A DNA stretch of 64,000 nucleotides from Octopus vulgaris (Eukaryota). Shown here in pieces: positions 1 through 12,542 of the stretch; the stretch's first letter is position 1; each line of letters starts with the position of its first letter. Location of the stretch: assembly GCA_951406725.2 (NCBI GenBank), contig OX597820.1, forward strand, positions 79,112,001-79,176,000. Direction: 5' to 3'. The notes under the pieces are model-generated. The model was not told where the DNA came from and did not search any database. It saw only the letters and a program-made list of their open reading frames with translations. A program made the position numbers and the translations under genes.

Positions 1-634
1 TATATCCAATATACTGCTAGAGAAGTACCCAACAAAGCTAATACATAAATGTTAAAAATTGCGATGCAATTAATTCATTTACTGTATTAGGTGGGCAAAG
101 GTAAAATTATTTTTACCGTAAATTAATAATACTACGACTATGTATGTATGTGCGCACGTTTTGTGGATGTGCGTGCGCGTGTGTATGTTTCCTAGCTAAC
201 TAACCGTAAAATTTCTATTGTAATTCAAATTTAAAAGTATAGGCCAATCGAATGCATCTGTGAAAATTAATACCATGCAAACAGAGGAATTCAACTGAGT
301 GCATATATATGCAGATATCCACTTGCATTGGATGGTACTATGGTGGTGGTATTAACTTTATTGACTTTTTGCGAAGTGACACATTTTAATATATTGAACT
401 GTTTAATATATATGCCTGCATTGAGTGTGAGTGTGTCTATTGTGGTTTCTTGATGTTGGTTGAGGAGCTGTAGAGTTCAATATGGAACATTATTGTGTTT
501 GTTGATGTATATTGATCTATATTGTTTATATTGTATTATTGTGTATATATATATATGTAAGAATATGAGTATGTATGCACTCATATTTATATTTATATGT
601 AAATTATTTAGGATTTGTACTAATACTTGCATTA

Positions 635-751
635 ATATCTCTGAAGAGGCTGTAAGATATTCTTGTTAATGTCTCATTTATACCTGCATTATATGGCTAA
701 TAGGTTAAATGAGACATACCTGTCTTCATGGCCGAAACAGCTGTCAGCTAC
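635..751 (+). ncRNA. Type-I minimal hammerhead ribozyme motif (Penelope pLTR type)
   Basis: CTGAAGA (641-647), then GGCTGT...ATGGCC stem II with an internal hairpin, GAAA (734-737), CAGCTG, TC. Palindromic stem III ACAGCTGT. Stem I imperfect (atatct/agctac). Confidence 0.7.
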
Positions 752-921
752 AATGTAAATGTATTTCTATGTCTTGTTATATTTCACCATATTGATTGTA
801 ATTATTGTACTATATTAATGTATAATATCTTTGCTATTGTGTAGTGTTTTAATAAAGTATTGATTCGGTATTATCTGATAGTTGATGATTGATTTAGATA
901 TATTTCTCCATTTTCTCATTT

Positions 922-965
<44 letters not shown>

Positions 966-1619
966 CATACTCTGTTTGCCAATGAGGCTTCTGTCCATAC
1001 AATCAAAGACAAATGCATCTAGCTCACCCATAACCAATTCAAAAGAAAAAATGCAATTGCATATAACTCTAGTTACAAACAATAATAATGAAAAGAAAAT
1101 GCACCAGTTGGAGAAATATGATCTGGTTCAATCCACCACGAAACAAGTCCTCTATCACATAACACTTCCATAAAGATAAAAAAAATTGTAAATTATTCAA
1201 CAATGACAATATAAACAACAGTTATTCTACAGTTCCATCTTTAAGAAAAATTATCCCATTTATAACTACAAAATCCTTTAAAGTAAAATAGAATAAAGCA
1301 GAGGAGATGACTGTAATGGTTGAAACACTGAGTTGTGTCTTTTGGATAATCAGTGCTTGAGTAATCACATCTTGTATCTGTTATCATTTTGGAATTTTAA
1401 AAATGCTAATACAGTTTGTTACAGGGGTTTAACAAAGATCTCTTTAAGAGCCCACTTTTTCATCAAGTGGATTGTTTCAAACACAATCACAAAGAAAATA
1501 CTTCATCACTCTCAGCATGTAAGGGGAAGTATACAGACAATTTCTATCTTGGTCTATCTATTCTATAATATAGACTATTCTATAAAATTTGCAAAATTTA
1601 GAATGGTAAGATGAGAGAA

Positions 1620-2580
1620 TTTAACTGTATGGTTATTTAAAATGCAGTGGATATTTGTGGTTTAAAGGAAATCTCTTACTTTAATATATTAAAGAAAACT
1701 TTAGGTTTATTTGTTCTAAATTTTTTTGCATAAGCTGCATTAAACCAAGACCTGCACCTTTTTCTCATTTTTGTTCTTAAGAGTATTTAGTTACAGATAT
1801 GTCAGGATGGATTTTGTTGTTTCCTATCCTACATTTCAGTTAAATTTTGTATTATGCCATTTATTTCACTCTTATTCTTTGACTTTGTACATTTTATTCT
1901 ATTAGAGTTCTTAACTCTCTCTTTAATTGCATTTTCATTCACAAGATTTTTAGATTCCTTAATTTCATTTGTCAGTTTTAATTTTGTGGCTATCTGTACC
2001 TTTTATCAGTTTTGCTTCCGGGCATATCATGGCTTTTATTGTTTTTATTCTCAGATCACTGCTAGTTACAGCATTTATTTGTAATGTTTGGAGGATTGTG
2101 TGGTGTATTAATCTGTTTTGTATGTTTGTGTAGAAATTACACTAAAATCAAAGTTGTTTGTATCAAAGGATGTGATAAATTGTGTCTTATACTCAAAACC
2201 ATTTTTCAAGAGTTAAACATTATTAAACTCAGACTTATTATTAAATACTTCTACATTAGAAAATAGTTTAGATATTCTAAGAGAAATATTCTTTATAAGA
2301 CCACCTATTTTAGATTTAGGATGATTAGAATTTTTATGAATGTAGTTAAGATTTTCTTTAGGTATGTGGAGAGGAAAATATATGTTACAGACAAGTTATA
2401 ATTGTTAAAGAAGGCTAATAGTCTTTTACAGGGTCTCTTAGAACAATTAACGTTATTTATTAAGTGTATCATCCTAGTATAAACCTTTGCCAAATTCTAA
2501 GAAAAAAATATTTTAGCTTATGTAACAGGAAAAGCCTAACAATGTATTAAATAGGATCCACTTCTAATTCCTTTAAATGA
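1620..2580 (-). pseudogene. Decayed Penelope-like retroelement ORF (RT C-terminus, thumb and linker)
   Basis: Frameshifted minus-strand peptides NYIHKNSNHPKSKI..LIKNISLRISKLFSNVEVFN and RKRCRSWFNAAYAKKFRTNKPKVFFNIL resemble the PLE motifs Y...SNHP and RKR...WFNPPY. Confidence 0.65.
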
Positions 2581-4559
2581 TGTTATGACTTGCATACACA
2601 CAACTCTAGGAATGAAAATTACATAACTCAGACTCATTAGGTACATATTTAATCTTAGCCCTTGCAATATAGAATTTGAACTACACTGGGGCATCACAGC
2701 ATTGGCCTTTTCTTAAGCTGGAAACAAGAAAAAATGCAGACTTTACTCTGTTGAAACTTTACATATTTTATTAAGCAACAATAAATTACTTGAAAGTGTT
2801 TTTCTCTTGCAAATAAAATTTTAAGGTCTTTTAAATTTTGTAAAAACAATTTTACTCAGGAGAAGCAGTAAATATAGTTTAAGTACATTCTGTCAGTTGA
2901 CTTGTAGTTTATTACATATAACCATAATTAACAATATATAATTATAAGAATGTGGGAAATCACTTCATCCTCACTATATATATATGTGTATGTGTTTATT
3001 TGGTTAAGCCTTGAGAGACTAATAACCTGGTGTAGAACTCAGTATACACATGCTTTTGAAAGAAGTGTTGGTCGAGTACAGAGCAGTAATAAGAAAGAGA
3101 TGACTTATTACTCAACTGAGATAATCATCTTTTCCTTTCTCATCTCTTACATAAAACAACAATTATATGTGTAAAATCTTTTAATTTTATTTAAACTAGA
3201 ATGGATAACTGTCCCAGAAGTTGCAGCTGTATTTTTAAAATTTAATTTTCGTTTGGAAATTGCGTGTGTGTCTGTGATTGTATAGAGATAGATTTGAATT
3301 GCATGAATATACATGTAAGCTCATATATGAACTTATACTCCCTTCCATAGACGTGTAGACATTTCTTCTTAAACATATGGATATATATACATATATTGGT
3401 AGGTGTATGAAGATAAAAAGTTACATAGGTATATAAGCATGTGTGTGAGCATGCATGCATATGTATGAATGAGTAGATACATATGGCTGCTTTTCACTAA
3501 CCAAATTCCTGACTATCCTCATTTCTACTGTCATCTCAACCATTTTCATGTTAACTTAAAATTTTCTTTGTTCTAAGCGTTCTTCTTTCTCTCTTTATTT
3601 CACTGATAAAATGGAAAATAATAGCCTTCTTTTTTCTTCACTGCTTTAAAAAGATTGTACTCTTAAGTTTACATACAATTTTAGCACTATAAATCAACTG
3701 ATACTGGTAACTAATAATGGATTGAATTACTATTTTATTCTGGAGATCTGATACTTGAGTGTTATTATGCAATTGTCTGCATAATAATTACCACATACAT
3801 TCTAGCACTCCCTAATGAAACTCATGTAAAGATTATATAAGTTATAACATTATAATAAAAAAAAAACTTAAACTAACTCTCCTGCGTTATTCTACTCTCA
3901 TATATGAGAGCGGAATAAAACAGTAGAATTATGAATATTGATATTAACATGGTACTAAATTTTAATTTCTAATTCAATTTCATCAAAAAGGCAGTATGGT
4001 ACACATGTACCAGTCTTTTAAATACAGCTTTCAGCTATTCCATGCTACTAGCAATGAAATAATACAACTTATACCTACTGCTGTTACTGTTCTTTAATTA
4101 AATCATCCATATTTGCTGTTTGCATGATTTAATCACCAGGTGGCAACAGTAGTTGGGGTAATAACAATGTTACTATTGAAATATGAAACCCACATTATAT
4201 TCTTGATTAAATGATTTGGTGTATATAATAAACTTGCCATACAAAATAACGTGAACAGGTGCAAACACACACACAGCAAATGTATTTTCTTAATGAAAAT
4301 ATGACCACAAATGAATAAAAAAAATTATGGTGATTAGTGATGGGTGTAGCAATAGTACTGATCATGTTACTGTAACCATGTGGCAATATTAAATTTTGTC
4401 ATCGTCATAACATCCACTTTTCCATGCTTGCATGGATCAGACAGTTTTATTGTGACAGATTTTTTCTAAAAATCTGGATGCTTTTCTTGTTGCTAATCCT
4501 TATCTGTTGCTAAGTGAGGTAATACTTCTCCATATCTAGACATGTTTTTACCAAATATT

Positions 4560-4561
<2 letters not shown>

Positions 4562-4640
<79 letters not shown>

Positions 4641-4742
4641 TATATATGTATGTATATATATATATATATGTATGTATATATATATATATGTATGTATATA
4701 TATATATATGTATGTATATATATATATGTATGTATATATATG

Positions 4743-4795
<53 letters not shown>

Positions 4796-4814
4796 GTATA
4801 TATATATATGTATG

Positions 4815-4869
<55 letters not shown>

Positions 4870-4870
4870 G
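4562..4870. repeat. (TA)n/(TATG)n microsatellite
   Basis: Direct reading of the sequence. Confidence 0.95.
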
Positions 4871-5585
4871 TTATAATTTAAAACAAACAGTAAAAAGTTG
4901 TCATTATAGTACTCAGAGTTTCAAATGTTGGAGTGAAGAGCTACGATGCATTCTCATCAGCTATTAATGGCATCAGATGCTATAAGAAAAATCCAATTAA
5001 ATAAAAGAGAAGTTACTCTAATAGGTAGAAAAAAGAAAAATTATAAACAATACACGCAACCATATTCTCACAATACATAGACATAAACCTCCTGCGTTCA
5101 TAATGTCTACATATGTACACACACAAACATGTATACATTCATACACACTCACACAAACATGTATGTATTCATACATACACATATCCGCACACATGTATAT
5201 ATATATATATGTATATGTGTATGTAACCTCATCCTCATATACACAGGTGTTTACATGCGTACATGTAACATAATACATATATATATACAGACATTCACAC
5301 TCCCGCATACACGCATATATATATACATACACACACACACACAGACACATATATATGTACACACACATATATATATATACAAACACATGTACACCCTCCT
5401 ATCATGCAGGAGGTTTATGTCTATGTATTGTGAGAATTAGAGTAACTTCTTTTTTATTCAAAGGTTTTTCATAGCGTCTATTGCTGTTAATAGCCAACAA
5501 GAATGCATCGTAACTCTTTGCTCTGACATTCAAAAGTCCGAGTAATATGGCAACTTTTTACTGTTTATTCTAAATTATAACTTAT
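4870..5585. repeat. Diverged inverted repeat, Penelope-type pLTR pair, around a CA/TA-rich spacer
   Basis: Arm about 4870-5096 is the reverse complement of about 5405-5585, e.g. caatacatagacataaacctcctgc / gcaggaggtttatgtctatgtattg. Confidence 0.85.
4906..4964 (-). ncRNA. Type-I minimal hammerhead ribozyme motif
   Basis: Minus strand reads ATAG-CTGATGA-GAATG...CATTT-GAAA-CTCTGAG-TA-CTAT. Stem I ATAG/CTAT, stem III ACTC/GAGT. Confidence 0.65.
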
Positions 5586-5661
5586 ATAAATATCCTCTAT
5601 TTATCTAATATCAAGATCTCATTCTTTTCTTGTTACTTCTTATTATATATATATATATTTA

Positions 5662-6060
5662 GGCGTAGGAGTGGCTGTGTGGTAAGTAGCTTGCTTACGA
5701 ACCACATGGTTCTGGGTTCAGTCCCACTGCGTGGCACCTTGGGTAAGTGTCTTCTACTATAGCCTCGGGCCGACCAAAGCCTTGTGAGTGGATTTCGTAG
5801 ACGGAAACTGAAAGAAGCCTGTCATATATATGTATATATATGTATGTATGTGCGTGTTTGTGTGTCTGTGTTTGTCCCCCCAACATCGCTTGACAACCAA
5901 TGCTGGTGTGTTTACGTCCCCGTAACTTAGCGGTTCGGCAAAAAAGAGACTGATAAAATAAGTACTAGGCTTACAAAGAATAAGTCCTGGGGTTGATTTG
6001 ATCGACTAAAGGCGGTGCTCCAGCATGGCCACAGTCACATGACTGAAACAAGTAAAAGAG
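5662..6060 (+). mobile_element. tRNA-derived SINE family A, full length. Other copies include 11835-12202(-), 28839-29245(+), 39365-39755(+), 47635-48190(-), 55428-55818(-), 62260-62590(-)
   Basis: A-box-like tggctgtgtggtaag, B-box-like ggttcagtccc, internal TA/TG microsatellite and a shared 3' tail. More than 15 dispersed copies or fragments. Confidence 0.85.
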
Positions 6061-6859
6061 TATATAATGGAATTCTTTTCAGTTTCTACCAAATCCACTC
6101 AGAAAGCTTTGGCCTGCCCAAGGCTATAGAAAACACTTGCTCAAGGTGCCACACAGCCACACCTGGCCCTATAATACTTGGATGTTGATTATTTTATCAA
6201 TTCAACAAGGATGAAAGGCAGATCTCTGTAGGATTTGAACTCAAAATATGAAGACCCATAACTAAATATCACAAAACGTTTGATACTCTATAGATTCAGC
6301 TAATCTATTAATTAATTAACAAATAATTAATTAACTTGGAGAGCTAAGTTCAAACTCCTCAACTCTTTAGCAGTCAGATAACTGTCAAATGTAATGTTTA
6401 TTTATTCACTTTGTCATTAATTAATTACACATTATCTTATAGTTTCAAGATTTCAATGTGATTGTTTCTGATTATAACATTGCAAGGTAGGTGTGGGAGG
6501 TCAGATATGGCCAGTCTGAACTCAAAACAACATGGTTGCAAGCCAAGCTTGTTAACCATCCAGCTATACCTGTTAGATGTCATTATTAGATATTCCATCC
6601 AATAATATTTCAAGTTTAAATTGATAACTGATGTTTGATTGGTTCTGATTGATTTGATAGGACGTTATCAATTCAAAGTATTACGAGGGATACAAAAAAA
6701 AAAAAAATTTAGCTTTGGTCCATTTCTTTTAATTTCACTATGAAACCATTTCCGCTGAAGCTTGCTGTCTCATAGCCAGCCATTATTCTGTCTTTGGAGC
6801 TAACTTTATGAGAGGAGGTAATTGGTTTATGATTTATTCTTTGTAATATGGATCATAAT

Positions 6860-7210
6860 TTGAGAGAGATGAAGAGAGAGGGTGAGAAAGAGAAAGATGG
6901 GGAGAGAGGGGGTGAGAATGAGAAAGATGAAGAGAGAGAGAGAAAGAGCGAGAAAGATAACAAGTGAGGCAGGGTGAAGGTGGGAGATCCAGAGAGAGGG
7001 CAAAAGAGACAGAAAGGGTGAGAAAGATGCAGAGAGCGAGATGGGCAAGAAGGACAGAGAGGGTGAGAGAGAAGGCAAGAGACAAAGAGAGGGTGAGAAA
7101 TATGGAGTGAGATGGGCAAGAGAGAGAGAGAGAGAGGGAGGGGGCAAGAGCAAAAGAGATAACAAGAGGGTGAGAGAGAGAGAGACAGATAGACAGAGAT
7201 GGGGCAGATG
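6860..7210. repeat. GA-rich low-complexity purine tract
   Basis: Direct reading; source of the S/L-rich spurious ORFs. Confidence 0.9.
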
Positions 7211-8281
7211 ATATCACACAAGCAATAATAGTAGTGACCATAATATGTTTAATGCATGGCGTGATTGCAAAGCCATATTGCCGGTGGAGAAAGAAAAGCG
7301 ATTTATAAAATGAAGAGATTTTATAGTTTTATCAATTTAGAATTATATTTATTCATTTATTTTATCCTGTCTTTGTTTTGTGTGAAAATTGCTTGACTTA
7401 TGACAAGGACAACTTGAGAAGTAGTGTGTAATTAGAATCAGAGACGAGACAACCAAACCTAAATGTATTTAGAATTAGAGTTAATTGTGTGTTTAGCAGT
7501 ATTTATAGTGTTCAAGCAAGACAACATCAATGCCAGAAATGCGATTTAAACAAAAGTTATGGCTACAATAATGAAACATAAAGATGTAAATCAACATACA
7601 GTGAAAGAGCAAAATACGTTCAACAACAAAGCCATCCATAATTTGAAATCAAGAGACCAAGATGGCTACTTACCCCCAGATAGTATTATCTTTAGCAAAC
7701 TTGTCTGATTGCTATAAAAAGATCATAGATTTAATGAAACTGTATAAAATTAGTTTTAATTTTGGGTTATTCCTGATTTCAGTTTAAATTCATATTTCAT
7801 AAATAAAAAAAAAAATGTTTGTTTTCCAAATTATTTTCTTCAGTTGGTATTGTTTAATGCAATGTTTTCCATACTGTCCTCTCCAGTCATCTTAGGGTGA
7901 AATTCTTGCTTTAGGCCAAAGACGGAACCCTGAATCTTTATTTTATCAAACCAGCCTTTTGTCTTAGTGTTGTAGTTTTAAAGCACTTAAGCATTAGACT
8001 TCAGAATTTATCTTCATCTTCCTCTCTCTATATCATCATCATCATTTAACATCTACTTTTCCATGCTTGCATGGGTCAGATGGAATTTGTTAACGAAGAT
8101 TATCTATGGTCAGGTGCCATTCCTGCCACCAACCCTCACCTGTTTCAAACAAGACAATATTTTCCCCCATAGCACTTATATGACAATGATGCTCATTAAC
8201 AACTATCATATGATGTCTAGACAAGGGTACACACACACACACATGGTCAATGAAAGATAGAAGATATGAGAATTTTTATAA

Positions 8282-8385
8282 ATCACTACAATTGTTTCAA
8301 CACATCTAGCATCGACCCCTCATGTGGGTTACTTAACAACTGGTTCGGGAGCATCTGACGGTGCAGATGTGTCTCTTCAGGTGAT
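8282..8385 (-). ncRNA. Type-I minimal hammerhead ribozyme motif, best preserved in window
   Basis: Minus strand reads ATCAC-CTGAAGA-GACACATCT...AGATGTGTT-GAAA-CAATTG-TA-GTGAT. Perfect 5-bp stem I, 9-bp stem II, palindromic stem III ACAATTGT, GUA cleavage triplet. Confidence 0.75.
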
Positions 8386-8585
8386 AAATAGATATATATG
8401 ATATGCTTCTTTCTGTTTCTGTTTACTAAATCATGAGTCAGAAAAAACTGGTGCTCATATATTAGGTAAGAGAGTGGATGTAGTATTTATGTATTATGAA
8501 TTGAGTCTCACAAAAGCCAATTTATGTTGCCAAATAGTTTCATACTGATGAACCTTCCAGTTGTGCAGAGATAAGTTAGTATTCA

Positions 8586-8672
8586 TCAGACATGACTGAA
8601 TGGAAAAGTGTGACTATTTACATCTCCACAAATGGAAGGTTCTTCATGAAACTTTTTGGTGACATAAATTGG
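8586..8672 (-). CDS. Tentative terminal coding exon of the DCDC1-like gene
   Basis: Acceptor gtctcatttcag, phase 0, PIYVTKKFHEEPSICGDVNSHTFPFSHV then TGA TGA. Fits the phase of the previous exon, but I recognise no homology. Confidence 0.3.
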   Translation of the reverse strand, partial: PIYVTKKFHEEPSICGDVNSHTFPFSHV

Positions 8673-8689
8673 CTGAAATGAGACTGAAT

Positions 8690-9010
8690 TTGATAGTGCC
8701 AGTGGCACGTAAAAAGAATCTTTTGAGTGTGGTTGTTGCCAGTGCTGCCTGACTGAATCCCATGCCGGTGGCACGTAAAAAGCACCATTCAAGCATGGTC
8801 GACGCCAGTACCACATGCCGGTGGCAAGTAAAAAGTACCCGCTACATTCTCAGAGTGGTTGGCATTAGGAAGAGTATCCAGCTGTAGAAAATTTGCCAGA
8901 TCAGATTGGAGCCTGGTGCAGCCTCCTGGCTTGCCAGTCCTCAATCAAACCATCCAACCCATGCCAGCATGGAAAGCAGGCATTAAATGATGATGACGAT
9001 GATGATGATA
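8690..9010 (+). mobile_element. RTE-type LINE 3' UTR fragment ending in a (GAT)n tail. Many copies, e.g. 16963-17256(-), 27000-27250(+), 31025-31400(-), 35445-35702(+), 44690-45090(+), 46310-46601(+), 55835-56475(-)
   Basis: Shared ...ggaagggcatccagctgtagaa...acccatgccagcatggaaagcggacgttaaatgatgatgat end. Longer copies are contiguous with an RTE ORF C-terminus. Confidence 0.75.
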
Positions 9011-9348
9011 AAGCAAGGGCATGACTGTGTGGCTAAGAAACTTGCTTCCCAACAGTATGGCACCTTGGGCAAGTGTCTTCTACCATAGTTCCAGGTCAAC
9101 CAAATCCTTGTGAGTAGATTTGGTAGACAGGAACTGAAAGAAGCCTTCACAGTAATAAAGTGTGATAAGTTAGTAGAATCAGTAGTGCGACAAACAAAAT
9201 ATAGTGCAGTTTTTAGATACAGCCATTCTGTGTTCAAATTTCACCATGGTCAACAATGTCTTTCTTCCTTTCTCTCATATTTTAACCCCTCATCCTTTTG
9301 CATTTGATGACCTTACAGAAGCTGGTAATACATAATAAGCAACCAGTA

Positions 9349-9410
9349 CATGCTGTACATTCCATGCTGTACATTCCATGCTGTACATTCCATGCTGTAC
9401 ATTCCATGCT
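9349..9410. repeat. 14-bp tandem repeat (catgctgtacattc), about 4.4 copies
   Basis: Direct reading of the sequence. Confidence 0.9.
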
Positions 9411-9524
9411 GAAGCAGATATTAAAACATTGTGCTGTACTTGGGCTTGGTGGATCCTGTCAAACTGTTCAACCCATGCCAACATGGATATGAAATGAAGA
9501 CACATGCACAAATATAGACACATA

Positions 9525-10322
9525 TGTAGTCTGATCAATAAGTATCTGGACTGTTGCCATAGTAATGAAGCTAAAGCATGCAGAGTGAAGCTGCTTGCCA
9601 CAGATTGACCTTGCACTTTGCTATGAATGTGCACTAAGTTTTAACATACTAGCTCACTTCTGCTATTTTACAGCAGTGCATAGAAGGAACGTGTGTAGCA
9701 TGTGATCATCGCATTGATCATGATGGAGAAAGTTGAGCAGAGAATCTGCATCAAATTTTACCAAAATCTTGGCGATACCTGCTCAGAGGCCAATGTAAAG
9801 TTTTCAAAAAGTTTTCGTAATTTTCGATACAATCAAGATCTTGTGCTACTTGAAACCCGAGTGTCTTTTTCAGCTGAAAGCAGTTTTGGCACAAACTTGG
9901 CAGACATCTGTCTCATACCCAAATCTTCAGTGATAATGGACGGAACTGAACTGTAACTAATCTGCACATCCTCTGATAACTCACGGATGGGGATTCAACG
10001 ATTTCCCCTCACAGCTGCATGCACATCTGCGATGTTTTTCTCAGTTCTGCTGGTTGCAGGTCTCCCAGAATGTTTGTCAATATCAACATTTTTTTTCTGC
10101 CATCTTGGAAACATCTGAACCACTTCAGTGCAACTTATACACTCCTCTCCAGACACTTTCTGAAACTTTGCATAGGCCTCTGAGCAGGTATTGCCATGAC
10201 AATTTTCTCTGTCATGGTCAATGTGATGATCACATGCTACACATCTTTCTTCCAAGCACTGCTGTAAACAGTTGAAGTGAGCTAGAACATTAAAACTTAG
10301 TGCGCATGCACAGCAAAGTTAA
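9525..10322. mobile_element. Mariner-derived foldback: two inverted 5' halves of the same element
   Basis: Plus arm has a TIR-like tgtagtctgatcaataagtatctggactg and MMEKVEQRICIKFYQNLGDTCSEA. Minus arm encodes TCSEAYAKFQKVSGEECIS...SGRPATSRTEKNIADV...GMRQMSAKFVPKLLSAE, a mariner HTH plus WVP-like linker. Confidence 0.85.
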
Positions 10323-10490
10323 CATATTCATGTTAGCCTCTACAAGATTACTCCCCATGCAAAATGGTAGCCAAAACACTCACAACCGAAACATATTTAC
10401 AAATATCTCAACAAACAAGAACATGTTTGATCACTGGAAACAAAATGGCTTTCTCTCTTTGATGAAAAAACTTATGAAAAGTCAACTTAC

Positions 10491-10676
10491 ACTTGCTACA
10501 GGATCTTTCTCCATTGTCACTGTTATGTCTGTTATCTGGGGTCCATGAAGTCGTCTGGCTCGGGCCCATTGTGCTTTTAAATTTATGTCATTCTGCTCTG
10601 ATTTGACACCTTTGAAAAGTGGTCCAGTAGATACATACAACACGTCATCACGCTGGATATCACTAAATGATTCCAC
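10491..10676 (-). CDS. DCDC1: DCDC1-like exon, end of second DCX-like domain
   Basis: Acceptor aaatttcag, donor gtaagt. 186 nt, phase 0->0, VESFSDIQRDDVLYVSTGPLFK..., matching the DCX end motif V....DI..D..LYVS.G..F. Confidence 0.9.
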
Positions 10677-12542
10677 CTGAAATTTCAATCAATAGAAAAA
10701 AGAAAATGGTTAAAAATAACTTGAGAACATTCTGCATTCTAAATACATAAGTGTAGGTATGACTGTGTGGTTTTGAGTTCAGTTCCACTGCATGGTACCT
10801 TGAGCAAGTGTCTTCTACTAAAGCCCTGGATATAGGATATTTTGTGTTGTAAAAAGACAATAGAAGTCAGTACTGTAAGATGGAAAATATAATTTGATAG
10901 AGTTGACTAAACCACAATTATATGATTTGCTGTAACTATTTTAAATATGTAGTGAACCCTGGTGGCCAGGTACTGTAAGGGAGATAATCATTTTTACATA
11001 TATTTTTTTCTACTCTAGGCACAAGGCACAAAATTTTTGAAGAGGGGGGGCCACTCGATTAGATCGACCCCAGCACGCAACTGGTACTTAAATTATCAAC
11101 CCCAAAAGGATGAAAGGCAAGGTTGACCTTGGCGGAATTTTAACTCAGAATGTAAAGACAGACGAAATAGCATTAAGCATTTTGCCCGGCGTGCTAACAT
11201 TTCTGCCAGCTCACCGCCTAATTTCTACATAATATATTGTGGGATTAGAAGCTTGAAGCTTAAATCGAGGAAAGAAGACGATTATTCAGATTTGATTCAA
11301 CTCTTTTCCCTTTGCTTATTTGATACAAAAATCTGAAAATTTCTAGTCTTAAGTAATCATGTATAGCATCATTTTATTCTTATTAGAAATTATCAGCATG
11401 ACATGACCCTAGGTAAATCAAATTGTTTCAGTATCTCGTTTCCTTTAGTTCAAATCCTATCAAAATATACACTTTGCCTTTTTATCCTTCGAGGGTTCTT
11501 GTCTTGCGAGTTACTTGGTGTCCGTACTAGTTCTGGTGCCATGTAAAAAGAACCCAGTCCACTCTGTAAAATGGTTGGAATTAGGAAAGGCATCCAGCTA
11601 TAAGAAATCATGCCATAGCAGACAGTGGAACTTCAAACAATCTTCTGGCTCATCAACTCCTGTGAAACTGTCTGACCTATGCCAGCATGGAAAATGGACA
11701 TTAAATGGTGATGATTGATTGATAGAAATAGTACCGGTAATATAATGGTTGTTTTCAAATTCAATTGCCTTAAAAGAAAGACTTGTTGATTTTATTAAAA
11801 TAAGATTCAGTTGTACAAGAGTGTTATAACTATTTTATTTTTTTACTTGTTTCAGTCATTTGACTGCGGCCATGCTGGAGCACCACCTTTAGTTGAACAA
11901 ATCAACCCCATGACTTATTCTTTGTTAGTCTAGTACTTATTCTATCAGTCTCTTTTTGCCAAACTGCTAAGTTACTGGGACGTAAACATCAGTTGTCAAG
12001 TGATGGTGGCGGGACAAACACACAATATATATATATACATACATATACACGATGGGCTTCTTTCAGTTTCCGTTAACCAAATCCACTCACAAGGCTTTGG
12101 TCAGCTCAAGGCTATAGTAGAAGACACTTGCCCAAGGTGCCACGCAGTGGGACTGAACCTGGAACCATGTGGTTAGTAAGCAAGCTACTTACCACACAGC
12201 CATTATGACAATAATTTATTCAAGAAATATTTTCTCATAAGACTAGCTAGGCTAGTGCAACATTCTTCTATTTTAATGCTAAAACTGAAAATTGTTTTCT
12301 GCTAGTTAGTCCTTAGGCAAGAAACATTAACTCTACTTCATATCAAAAATATATTTAAGAATTTAGTGTTAAATGTAGTTTTTCTGTTTTTTTTTTTCTT
12401 TTATATGACATGGATCTGCCTGTTCCTGCAGCGCTATTTCCACACTCATGGGTGATGAGGATGCTGATGATGAAAGTGATGGAGAAGGAAGAAAAGAAGA
12501 AATAAGACCATTTATAAATTTTTTAATGTCAAGATTCCTTAC

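Noticed and set aside
4542-5440. Long Y/I/M/C-rich ORFs (also 20773-21401 and 58036-58287)
   Set aside because: Translations of stop-free (TA)n/(CA)n microsatellites.
6827-7241. Three overlapping S/L-rich ORFs
   Set aside because: Reverse complement of a GA-rich low-complexity tract.
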